Source: Tubulanus polymorphus (Eukaryota > Animalia > Nemertea). Taken from it: 64,000 nt of DNA. The stretch covers positions 9,571,950-9,635,949 of the forward strand of contig NC_134026.1 of NCBI RefSeq assembly GCF_964204645.1. Reading direction: 5' to 3'. The translations under genes and the position numbers were made by a program. The stretch's first letter is position 1. The number at the start of each line of letters is the position of its first letter. The notes below the pieces were generated by a model that did no database searches, was not told the DNA's origin, and was given only the letters and a program-made list of their open reading frames with translations. This document shows positions 39,031 through 51,105 of this stretch, piece after piece.

Positions 39031-39409
39031 CCAGATCTATTTTCAGATGCTGCACGAAAACGGTTATAGTGGGATTCAAAGCCAATAGCTTATAAACTAG
39101 ACACCCGAGTCCTCAAAATACCGTACAGAAATCAACATCCTCCTATTACAATTACTCAAGTATTTCGAGTATGAACATGACAGGTCTTAGAGCTCACTTC
39201 AAATCCAAGTAAGTTTGGATGAATTGGGGGTGGGGGGGGGCCATAAGGACACCATTTTGGTGGCCCAGCTCATCAAATCTTATATCATAACACCAACTCG
39301 CAATGCATAAAAATAAACAGCAAATGAGCTATTCGGTATCGTGATGAACTTGGATTTTCCCTAAAATTAATTGACACTACATTGTGAAATTCCTCAGTGC
39401 TAATGGGTT

Positions 39410-40620
39410 AAAAATAATTACCTTCACCGATAATCGTAGTGGATTCTCCATCATCATTGCTAGCTGCTGGTGATGCCGTGACACCGATAAACGTAGGCTC
39501 TCGATCATCATTGCAAAAGTCTTGCTTTTCTGAAGGTTTCTCGATCACTGCTGCAGATGTTGCTGTGACGTTCTCTACAAAGACAAAAAGTCTGGTTTCA
39601 ATTTAAGGCAATATATTTTAGAACATTAAACTGAGGATGATTTTTAGTGGAAATGTTTTGAAAATCAATCTGAGGACATTCATTATCTTGATGTTTAAAC
39701 AAGTGGAAGCATTTTGACAGTCAAAATAAGGACGTGAAACTATTTTGATAAGCAACGGTCAAACTAAGGACTTGATACTTGAAGTTCGATAACGGGAACC
39801 TTTATGACAGTCAACAGTCAAACCCAGGACATGCATGTATACAAATACTAAAAAAATAAAGACATTCACCGATAATCATAGTGGATTCTCCATCATCATT
39901 GCTAGCCGCTGGTGATGCCGTGACACCGATAAACGTAGGCTCTCGATCATCATTGCAAAAGTCTTGCTTTTCTGAAGGTTTCTCCATCAATGCTGCAGAT
40001 GTTGCTGTGACGTTTTCTAGAAAGACAAAAAGTCTGGTTTCAATTTAAGGCAATATATTTCATAACATTAAACTGATGATTTTTAGTGGAAATGTTTTGA
40101 CAATCAAACTGAGGACATTCAATATCTCAATTTTAAGTAACTGGAAGCCTTTTGACAGTCTAAATAAGGACATGAACCCATACTGACAAGTAATGGTCAA
40201 ACTGTGGACATACATAATCTTGAGGTTCGATAAGAGGAATATTCATAACAGTCAAACCCAGGACATACATGTATACAAATACTTAAAAAATAATTACCTT
40301 CACCGATAATTGTAGTGGATTCTCGATCATCATTGCTAGCTGCTGGTGATGCCGTGACACCGATAAACGTAGGCTCTCGATCATCATTGCAAAAGTCTTG
40401 CTTTTCTGAAGGTTTCTCGATCAATGCTGCAGATGTTGCTGTGACGTTTTCTAGAAAGACAAAAAGTCTGGTTTCAATTTAAGGCAAAATATTTTAGAAC
40501 ATTAAACTGATGATTTTTAGTGGAAATGTTTTGACAATCAAACTGAGGACATTCAATATCTCAATTTTAAGTAACTGGAAGCATTTTAACAGTAAAAATA
40601 TGGACATGGAACCATTTTGA
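39410..40620 (-). repeat. Three ~435-bp exon+intron units, each with a 153-nt phase-1 exon
   Basis: Exons ~39421-39573, ~39865-40016 (donor degenerate) and ~40298-40450 encode ENVTATSAA.IEKPSEKQDFCNDDREPTFIGV... Confidence 0.85.
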
Positions 40621-43600
40621 TTGTCAAACTGAGGACAGGATGTTAAAACAAAGAAACTGGGTCAGTAAAACTAAAAATAAATAGTCACATTTGGACACAT
40701 GTCATTTGATATATTACTACACTGTAATTACAATATAATCAAATATTCTAAAAAAATGTTGCCTTTTTGAAATGTGTGGGCACTTATATCATAGGCAGAA
40801 ACTTTAACTTCAACGAGCTTAATAAATTTTGGTACTAATACCCAAATAATCAGGTCAGTTAATGTATAAACCATTGATGCATAAATTTATATGCATAAAT
40901 TTTACGCAACCATTCAAAGTTCACTTTGCCTCAATGATTACATTTGATTATTCAAAGATCAATTCAAACTTAATTGGTATGCATTTTATATTCTAAAAAG
41001 CATTACAATACACTCCTTAAATGTGATGGAAGTATTAAAATTCGACAAATTCAATGAAACAGTCAACTGCTTTCAAATGTTTGCAATGATCTTGACCTTT
41101 TATGAACATTCTATAAAAAATGTGGAAGTAAACATTAAATGATCGCTCAAATGGTAAAAACCAACTAAAAATTATGCAAGTCAAGTCATGGAGGTAGGAA
41201 ATGCTCAACTCGGCAAAACCAACCTCCAGTCTACTGATCGAAACACCATTGATTTGATAATCGACATATTCCGTCACAATAAATTACAGTAAAATCTTAC
41301 AAACCACTAGAACACAAAGGACAACCAATCACCTTTTTAAATTTTAATCACCTTAGTTCGACCACTTGCAAGTTTTCTTTTTATCTCTCAAATCGAAACT
41401 AACAGAGCATAGTCTTGGTTTAGTGGCATTTAAAAAAGGAGTAATCAGTTGTCAATAGCTGATGATCAGTCAGAATACACTGTAAGCTAAAGATTATTAA
41501 TGTTGCTGGCGAAGTATCAACAATAAAACAAGACAAATGAGCATTTGCCTTCTTTTATACTGCCAAATTTTAGCCTACCTGTATAAATATTTTCCTGGAA
41601 TGAGGTCCAAGTATAAATATGAAGCTTCTATATAAATAACTTAGGTAACAGTACTAAAGTACAAACTACTAAAAGGATTTGTTAATTTATGATCCGTAAT
41701 ACTGGGCACAACATTTCCATTTGAATACAAGAGCCCCGACACGGTAGCTTTAAAAATTATGGCCCAAAGACCTGTCTTTCAATCAATTTCATATTCCAGA
41801 TGAAGATTTAAAGGAACAGCTTCAGATAATTATGCATGATTGAAATTATATTTCTTTCAGCTGTCTAAACAGTGCAGCAAAATTTTGCGGATGGAATTTT
41901 ATTTTCGTGCAAAACCATTGCAATACAGCCACGCAGGGGCTGGCGACAGCTTCGCTGCCGCTAAAAATCAAATATATTAAAGTCCCAGCTCCTGATTTAC
42001 TCTGAAAAACCACTGGGTAACTTCAATTAAATGTGCGATAATGCCTAGTTTTTTTTTTTACAAATCTTCTGAAAGATGGTCCAAAATACAGCAAGCTGAT
42101 AAGACACTAAAAGACTGGTAGGAAAACTGTTGTAATCTGTAAATATTTAACGATTTTAATAATTGATGTGAATACCTATATAGTAGTGAATTATAATTCA
42201 CTACATTTCTTACCTGATTATCTTCCCAGGGATAGGAATCTAATCCATAGTCATACAGCAGCTCCTCATTGGCGTCTATGTTTCTAGTTGCGAAGAAACA
42301 TATGACCGGTTCCCCAGTTCCTAATTGCAAGACTTTTGCTCTTATGTTCCTCTCTCCTTTTACTCCATGGTTAATTAACCATCCATATGACCCATTTTCT
42401 CTATGAGCATCTACACTAAATGACAAGACATTAGGTATTCATAAATCAAATTTTACATTCTATCATTAAAAAAAAGAAGTAAATTGAATCCTTAAAGCTG
42501 CAAAAAGAGCAAGACATGGGCTAGATAGTGATCCAATTAAAACAGAATATTGAAATGGGGAGAAAATTGACCTTTCTGATCTGATGATCTGTCTTGATGA
42601 TGTTCAACAAAAATGTCTATATGCAAATATTGATATACTAATCATTCATTAACATGTCGATAACTGTACATAGTGTGAGACAGGCCACACACAAAAAAAA
42701 AAGAAAACAGAATGGCACTTCAACTGCTAACTCTAACCATTACTCATTTCATCCTATGTTGTTAAAATCATCATACCGCCTGTACAAATTAACTTCATTA
42801 AGTGCACGGTTCGAGCTTCATGCTCTTTGTGTAATGTATAAACTGAATTATCTTATGTTATTATGTACAAATATATGCTGAATAAACTACATTATATACA
42901 AAAAAAATTGCGCTTCAAAGAGTTAACAGCACAATTAGTGAAATACAATACATAGGCCCTACACATGACATAGTTTAGACACTTACCAGTAACCACGACC
43001 CTTGAATTTGAAAAAATAACGATAAACAGATGGATCGTTCTTCTCTCTTTCTAAGCCTTCTCTCTCATCAATCAATTCGCCCCGATGCTGGAGTAGAAAA
43101 GATTGATGCTCCCTCCTGACTGATGTTCTAACTCCACGCCCTAAAAATACATTTAATAAGACTAACTGAACACCTGTTCATCGAGTTACAATGAGATTTT
43201 TTGGTCGAGGAGCCAAGCCAAATAATCATATGCAATGACAGGGGGCACTGAGGGAGTTTAGATAGATATTTGAAAGGTTCAACCTAGAATATCCTGTCTG
43301 ATATTTTCCAATGAAAACTCATATACCCAGAAGCCTGGAGAATCTCTTCCTTAAACCCCTTCTACATGATTGAAAATCATAGTGAAAGTTTCAGTGAGAA
43401 GTCAGTGTTTTCAATAAGAAATTAACAAGCCAGGTCCCTTTGAAAAACAGGAGGGTCCCCCTATGTCACAGTCCCTGAAACAAAAGCTGGTTTGAAAAAC
43501 AGGCGGGTCCTTTACAAACAACAGACGGGTCTGGGACCTGGCTCTTATTGAAAACACTGGAAGTAACAAATATAAAATTCTTAGGCATAACTTACCTTTT

Positions 43601-46600
43601 CTCGGAAATTTATCGATGTAGTAACCAGGCGGATCACTTTCTGTCCACAGAATAGCTAGTTCATTCGGGGAATGGCGCTACAAATCATAATATAAACAAT
43701 AAGAAAGGTGTATGCGCAGTAAACTTTGTCTCCGAAAGTGCAGCCATATGTCTGTGATTCTCCTCTTTTGGAGACGTCAACTAACTGCTAAAACCATAAA
43801 GCCTAAGTTAAAATACCATGAAAATGAAGTAGGCCTATAAAGGTGTGGTTTAAAAAAAGAATCAATACTAACCCTGCGTTTCATCGCATTTGTCTTCTCA
43901 CTAAAATAAAAATAGAAAGGACTGAGAAATTCTGGTCGGCCTAAAAAATTGGTCAAGAATTGCATCCTTTAACGACATATTTCATGGCAGCCCCTGATGG
44001 CTACAATTTGAATCAAATTGACCCAAATGTAGATAGGATACAGGCAATAAAGGGATACCAAATCGTGAAACTCAATCACAAACTGGTTGTTGAATAGATT
44101 GGCTGTTATAAGACCAACCTTAAAGCAACTTAACTCGACACACATAACCCTACTTACTTATTGGATATTGTCATGATATTGCATTCAATAAAATAAACTA
44201 GGCCTAATTATTTCATTGAGGCAGCATTCGTCTAAGTCAATACGAAGTGGATATTTAACCGTATACGACAAAGTGTTTACTTCCGCTATTTTACCGTACA
44301 TTACTATATATAATAATAAGTAACAATAAAATCATTTTATTGGGTTTAGGGGCTCTTGACCATTAATTTCACACCTATATTGTAGTAAGGCAGAGAAACT
44401 CCACCGTTGCACGGGCAGCGGTCCATTTTATCCCTAGGGATAGGATTAGGGTAAGGTGAGGTACTATCTAGTTAAAACATTCGGTTGGTTTTCAGCGAGC
44501 TTTACCGGCCCGAGTTCCATGTCTCGCTCTATCCACTCTATTTTCTCTAACTCTGTTCTCCACACTTTCATTGAATTTTCGGCGCTATTGCACTTTCATA
44601 CCCCTCCCAAAAATGTTAATTTCTGTATATTATTAATCAGGGAGGTCTACAGAGTCAAAATAAATTACTTTTGCCAAAAAAAGATTTCCCAAGCCAAAAT
44701 TATGATAATTTGGGGCCGATTTCCTCGATTCAAACTGACGGGTCGGCCATGCTTCCGCACTAATTACCACCTAAAAATATCAGAACATCTTTAAATCAAT
44801 AGCTAAGTATGAAAATAATGCAAACATACGCCTCATTTTCAGAGATGGTTATGTTTGAAAACGTGGTTTTTGCAAAGTTTTAATGTCATGACATTTCAGT
44901 GGAGGGTTAGAAACTTTGATTGACATCCAATATGGCGTTGTTGACGTCGAGAATCAACGAATTTACACATGATTTAGGGCCCAAAATAACAAAATATTAA
45001 CGTAGAAAAAGCAAGTTGTTTGGGTCAAAATTTTCTGATTTCTTTTTTTTCTGAAAGCAAGCGAGAAAGCAAACTGCTTGTATTCATTGTACAGTACTTA
45101 TATAAGCTGCGCTGCTTGGGCAGTGCGCCAATAATCAATATTATTTATGCGTTGTACAAAATGTTTTTATTGATATAGGTACTCTGGTTCTGCACATTAC
45201 CTATATCAATAGAAAACATTTTGTACAATGCATAAATTCAAGCATGGACACGATCCTCACTAGTTACTAAGCATGTACACTTCGCATCTTTTTTATACAA
45301 GTTCAAATCTATTTTCTCTATCTATTTTGTGGGATGAGTTGACTTCATGCTTAGATTTACAAATAACTTTAACTAAATACATTTTTCGAATATCCTTCAG
45401 TTCCAAATTGGTCAGCGATAATTTACGCAGACTAAGGATATTTGTGGGTCTATCCAGATAATAGTGCAGTTCTAACTGCTCAAACCCCTTGTTCCAAAGA
45501 ACACTTTAAGGCTTCCTGTACCTGTTCGTAATCTAGCTTACGTAGTTCAGTTGAAAGTATATCAATGACATGTTCAAACTTAACAGAGTTTACATCGATT
45601 TGGATTTTTTTTGGATTTTTTTTCAGTAAATGAGCCAAGGCAAGTTCAGCCGAACAAATTACTGTCTGATTTACATTGCAATGTTGGTGAACTGATGCGC
45701 TCTCAAGGGAACAAGTGGAAGCTATCAGGGCCAGAGGGTATGGTGGTCTAGATCAATAAACATTTAAAAAATAGCGTGTTAAACAATGATGTAACAACAC
45801 AGAATTACAAATGGTTGATAAGCTTGTGCGATGACTTGGTACCCGATGATAAGGAATATAAAATCATCTCGGAAGTTAGAAACAAATTCGGCCTCAGTTT
45901 GACAGACTCTATCAAAGACGGCCATGTGAACAAAGTGTGCATTAATATAGTCAACTCCGAGCAGTTGAGCAATGAATCAATCCAAAATTTCCTGCCCTAC
46001 CCAATTACATCGTTATCATCAGTTGAAATTGCCAAGCAAAATGATGATCAAACTGCAGCAGTGGCAGTGAAGGCAAAAAAAGCCAAGTCGAAAAGTCCCA
46101 AACCAATAAATATGACAGATATTATGCGACATCGCCCGGACATCACTTGTCAGTTCATGTGTGCAGATCAGTATACAATGACCGATCATGAGGTTCGACA
46201 GCACTATATCATTCTAAAATTAGAAACAATGACGCATATTTGTCCGCAGTGCCGGTTTGCGACAACTGATTTGTGCAACTTCATCTGTCACCAATTGAAT
46301 GGCCATGTGCAGGATGCATTGTTTGTTTGTCACAAGTGTAAAGCTCGACTGGTCAGCCACTTTCACCTGGCATTGCATTTAAGGAGCCTTTGCGCCTACG
46401 ATCCATCCATCGGCCTGCAAAATTTGTGGAGTCAGCGGGTGACAGCAACAACTGTTGAATTGAAAAATACTCAACCAGCCATCAAACCTGTAGCGATAAG
46501 CATTCAGAAAAGTGGCTGTTTCCTATGCAAACGGCAGCATATAATTGGTAAATACATGTGCAGAAATTGCTCTTTCGCGACTTCATGCCCAAGACAGTTG

Positions 46601-47231
46601 GAAGATCATATGTTAAGCATACATCACAGTACGCACATTCATCATTGCCCCGTTTGTGGGTTTAATACAAAGAGCTACAATCAAATTGAAACGCATTTAT
46701 TGAGGAAACACAGGGAAAGTTTTACTTAGCAGGATATGTCGTTTCCGCCTGTTCATCATGCTAACAATGGATTAATGCTCACTTGCGCTTTTTGTATTCT
46801 GAAGGTGCCGTTGAAGTTTTCGTCAACCTGTGATTTGAAAGAACACCTTGGCATGGTGCACATAAAAGAGAATTATTTCGAAAGACCATGGACGTGTGAA
46901 GATTGCCACTTCAAATGTGTCACAGAAACGTACATGAGAAAGCACTACATGGATGTTCATAAGAAAATAATTTCAGTTGGACAAGTCAATAGAAATGCAT
47001 TGGAAACACTGAAACCAGTATTAGACCAGATGTTGCTTGTATGCACTGGTTTTTGTCAGCCTAAGAAATCAAATGATGATTGTTTCGCAAAATTTTCAGC
47101 TACTGCTAGCAGCTTGGAGAATGTCTCGGTATTAACTAATGATGAAGAGCCGATTTTTGTGAATACGTGCTGTGCAGAGACTATGTCTAGCACTACCAGC
47201 CTTGCAGAGAATGTTTCTGCCATTATGAGCC

Positions 47232-47530
47232 ATACTTGTATTCACAATTGTCTTAAATTTAAGTGCCCCCTAGTTTGTCTCTTAACTGCTTCTCTTTAAT
47301 CTGTTTTAGCGTGTAACTGTTTCTACGTTAATTTTCCTTTAGTTAGTATCATCTCTGATTACTTGAATTAGTCTCTTTGTCTCTGGATTGTATGTATCTC
47401 TCATAATTTCTGTATTATTCATTATTTCTGAAGATGACTATTAGGACATAGACGAAACGTTGAATAAACTACTAAAATTTTTGGACTTTTTCGTTATCAT
47501 TGTGGGATTCTCTCTACATCGCTTCAGACG
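47232..47530 (+). mobile_element. Penelope-like pseudo-LTR fragment
   Basis: T-rich segment ending in a hammerhead motif, AATAAA and a ttttggactttt...gtgggattctctctacatc tail. Confidence 0.5.
47422..47467 (+). ncRNA. Minimal type-I hammerhead ribozyme motif
   Basis: ttattt-CTGAAGA-tgactat-taggac-atagac-GAAA-cg-TT-gaataa: stem I ttattt/gaataa, stem II with one mismatch, palindromic ACGT stem III. Confidence 0.6.
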
Positions 47531-47579
47531 GATATAGTGTTTTATCAATCGTGATATCGGTTCTTTCCACTGTATTAAA

Positions 47580-48194
47580 ATGGCAACGGTTGTCAACGAA
47601 ATTATAAATGATGACGATTTTGACGATCTATTCTTTGATAGTGACGAATTGGTTCAGATCGATACGGAAATATTACGGGAATCCTCTGGATCAGGATCAA
47701 CTAATTCGGCCGATTCTAGTGAGTGTTATTCCTTTTGAATCAATGAAATATCGGAATAGTTTCCACCTAATTGCAGGCACTTTATTCTTTCCTTTTCTTT
47801 TTCATATAGGTACTTCTCAGGCTCAGCTGACCAAAGACTGCGATCTGAACACGAGAAAACACACATACAGGTATTTTTTAAAATTTATTTTTATAATCAA
47901 TACAATCCTTTTAGGTTATAAAATAATAAACGAATACAGAAAATAATATATAAACATAATATAAAAAATCCAGATAAGTACATGTTAAAATAATAATCAT
48001 TATTATTATCTTCGCAGGAACACTATATATTTGGAAAAGGCTATGACTGAAGTGATTAACCATCGAGTATTTAAATTCAGTTCAAATGGAATGGCAGCAG
48101 TACATTATGGAAAATCGATCGATAAAATTTTGACTACAAATACGTCGCCGTCCAGACTTGGAATTGACCAGTGGTTTACATGTCCATTGTTTTA
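47580..48194 (+). CDS. Truncated three-exon ORF with acidic N-terminus, unknown function
   Basis: Exons 47580-47718, 47810-47870 and 48018 onward, matching phases (1 then 2), open frame MATVVNEIINDDDFDDLFFDSDE...EVINHRVFKFSSNGMAAVHYGK. Confidence 0.4.
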
Positions 48195-48414
48195 ATTTGA
48201 TAGTCACAGGGACAGTTTTTTTAACGTTTTTGTTCTTACGCCATTTTTGTAATTTGACACGACACATATTACAGATATATATCGGGTACTGTTCAGTATC
48301 ATCATCAAAATCAATGTTGAACAACTCCTTCACATGGCTTTTGAAATTATTTTTATCGATAGGACGACGATCCGGAGGTTTCGCATTTTTTCCACACAAT
48401 CGACAAACATCCAT
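48130..48414 (-). pseudogene. N-terminal zinc-binding fragment of a RAG1/Chapaev-like transposase
   Basis: MDVCRLCGK...ELFNIDFDDDTEQYPIYICNMCRVKL..W fits the CRxCG...F.ID...D....P...C..C pattern; acceptor at ~48418; no catalytic core follows. Confidence 0.55.
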
Positions 48415-50842
48415 GACTAAAAACAAGAAAAGGTTAATTAAATGAGATTGCTGATGCTATTTAGGCAACTTGGTTTATATGGGGGACAATAATTTGTAGG
48501 CCTAATGTAAGCGTTATTAAGTAACATTATTATGTAGTAAATACACATTTTAAAGATCATACTTCGTGTATATGTTTGTGTCGTAACATAGCAACATGAC
48601 GTCAGAAACGAAAGCTGCGCGAGTCTGGGCCGAAATATTTGACATCTTCAAGGCCCAAATAACGCTAAATTCGGAATCGGAACGAACTGGCAAAAACATA
48701 TGTTTAACACATAAAAACAGACTTTAATCACAATATAAATACTTAATGTTCCGATACCGGGTTTTGGAGATATAGAAGAATGAAAATACATACCTTTTTG
48801 GACAAATTTTACGAGAAATTGTTGAATTTCAACCGATTTTCTAAAGAAAAATATGTGTATACAGAGCCACTTCCACGTTGTTCAATGAGCTGCAGTGCGC
48901 ATGCGTAGTATCGATCGCAGAACATTTATCGGGCTAAAACTATTGCGGGTTGTTCTGCGACCGAATCAAAGTTGATGTTGACTGGTGTTCAGCTGGTAAC
49001 ACACACTCGATAAGCGTAGCTTACTGCTGTTGCGGTAACCTTTGATGTACGGACTGAATTGAATAGCCTACATCCGGCAATTAAAAGCGTCCGTATTCCA
49101 TCTCATCACACTTCCCTGATAAATACAAGTTTCCGTTAGTCATTCCGGAGGTGATTTTAACGAAACGTGACCAGCTATCAACGTACAGGTGTAAGAAATG
49201 TTCGCACACAATGCGTCAGTTTAAACAGGTTGAAGAACATATGATTGATGCACACATGATGGATGCTAAACCTTATCGTTGCGCATTTTGTATGTGTGAA
49301 GAATCTTCTCCCGAACACTTATTGAAGGCGCATTTAAAGCTGAACCACTCTCCAGAAAAGGAAACAATCGTTCAGAATGAAGTCTATACAGAATGCTTAG
49401 GAAAAATTCAAGATACGATAAAGATGGTCGCGGGAACCAGAATCGCCATTCCTGGAGCTGAATTGTACTGCAATTTGTGTCAAGACAATGTGTTAAACTG
49501 CTGCAGTTTAAAAATCATGGAAAATCATTTTAAGGCTCAACATGATAACAAACAGTTTAATGTGACCATAAAATTCCCTATAATCAGGCATCCAACTACA
49601 TATTATCCTCTTCGATATTGTAAAAAAAGGAAGAACTTAGCGAAACAATATTTAGCGCGAGAGGATGATTTCAACACCCCTCATCCGATGCCTGATTATC
49701 CCCGCATTGTTTATGTATCAGATAAGTACAAATGCCGCAATCACAGTCGAGTTGAAGACTGCAGCATTTTCCTGTGTCATCTGTGTGAATGTATTGAACT
49801 CTGCTTAAAGGAAGAAAAAAAGAAGCATCACATGTTAGTGGAGCACTTGATGAAGTCAGGTTTACGGCGTACAGTTAACAGACACCTGCGCATAGTCCAT
49901 AGAAATTGCTCTAAAGAGGTGATTGTTGACGATGCAGCTGCACGACAGTTGAACAGTCAGGTTGAGGAACTATTCAATGACTGTAATGTTCGCCATGAGA
50001 GTTTACGCCTCGATAATGTACTTATAAAACAATCCGATTGTCAACCTCTACTACAGAAACTGAAGGCAGGTAAAGCAGATGACAATGTTTCGTTGTATGT
50101 TCCTGAACCCGATATTGATGATAATGGATCTGCTGATTCAGATGCTGAAACCCTTAAAAAGGGTGCTATAGAAGATAAAATATCAACATGTGAAGATGGT
50201 ACGGATAAAGCATTTCCTAAAGAGTTGAAAAAACGTAGATTGTGTGATAACACACATGATCAACCGATCATTAAAAGTTGGCGAAAATCTGATTCCTGTT
50301 GCTCGAATATGAATATATCGATTGACGAACTTAGTCAAAATGATGCCAAACTCAAAATGCGTTGTGAAATTCCACTTATTGATATTACTAGTAAATTTAT
50401 CCAGCTTCCTTCGTTGCCTCAATGAGACCCTTCTGCACAAAGTGAACAGGTGCCTTATTCCTGCTTTTGATTTGCTAGATCCTGTGCATATACCTTTTTA
50501 TACCACTAGCCACTATAGCTCAGTTGAATCATTTGTTACCTGCATGGGCCAATCCAGGGGTATTTCCAGGTGGCATTTGAAGGAAAAAAAGAGCATTTCT
50601 ACATTTAAAGTGTACCTGTATTACAATGAGGTCCACGATCCATGCCTTGGTAGCACCAACAATTGGTAGCACCAAGAATGTAGATGACATTTTCTATTAG
50701 CAGATGAATCTCAATGGCATTCTACATGGCTGGACTGGCAGCCATCATTGATTCCAAAAATGTAAATTTCGGCCCATCATGGTAGATGTACTTTAGAACA
50801 TTGATTTTTCACATGAGAATGGTAAATGATGGTGTATGTATC

Positions 50843-51105
50843 CATGGTCATCCCCAGGATTTTTTTTTGGGGGGAGTTCGTTTTTAGGAATAGAGGGAGT
50901 TTGGGGGTCCTCCCCCAGAAAATGTTTGAAAATTTCGTGCAAGCTGGGGCATTCTGGTGCAATCTGAGACTGATAAGTAGACTGGTATCCCTTTTACTTT
51001 GCATGTATCGATTTTATTTTGCTAATTTAGCAAATGCAGACTGTGTGCCGACGTTCATCGACATTTGAAAATACAAAAAGGGGGTCCCCTCTAGGGATGC
51101 CCATG
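50843..51105. mobile_element. MITE with CATGG(T/G)CATCCC inverted ends
   Basis: catggtcatccc ... gggatgcccatg, with gtatc directly repeated on both flanks. Confidence 0.55.

Larger units (their letters stand above)
33692..43884 (-). pseudogene. Second, diverged SET-OTU-ZnF-YR-Myb gene; catalytic half of the recombinase missing
   Basis: Exons 43873-43884 (MKRR), ~43596-43677, ~42987-43141 (GRGVRT..HRGELID..YRYFFKFKGRGY), ~42214-42415 (VDAH..WLINH..ELLYDYG), repeat exons 39421-40450, 37271-~37945 (GNGNCLF..PDHFVPL), ~34669-35914 (FCVFC..RHWYSDH; EVMSFNKRRQGEI), 33692-~33961 (RQPWSDVE..RNWLVIKSKMYN). TGA at 35016-35018 where the paralogue has W, a frameshift near 34885, and no RGK/STKLR/MGH-Y segments. 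Confidence 0.8.
45627..50425 (+). pseudogene. Multi-C2H2 zinc-finger gene with nonsense codons, split by an insertion (~47232-48910)
   Basis: Acceptor at 45626; ORFs 45776-46729 and 46736-47299 share a frame separated by TAG, with another in-frame TAG at 45749; many CxxC...HxxxxH motifs; ORF 49151-50425 has similar fingers. Confidence 0.7.

Noticed and set aside
47580-48194. Calling the plus-strand ORF RAG2-like
   Set aside because: No kelch or PHD motifs visible; convergent orientation alone is insufficient
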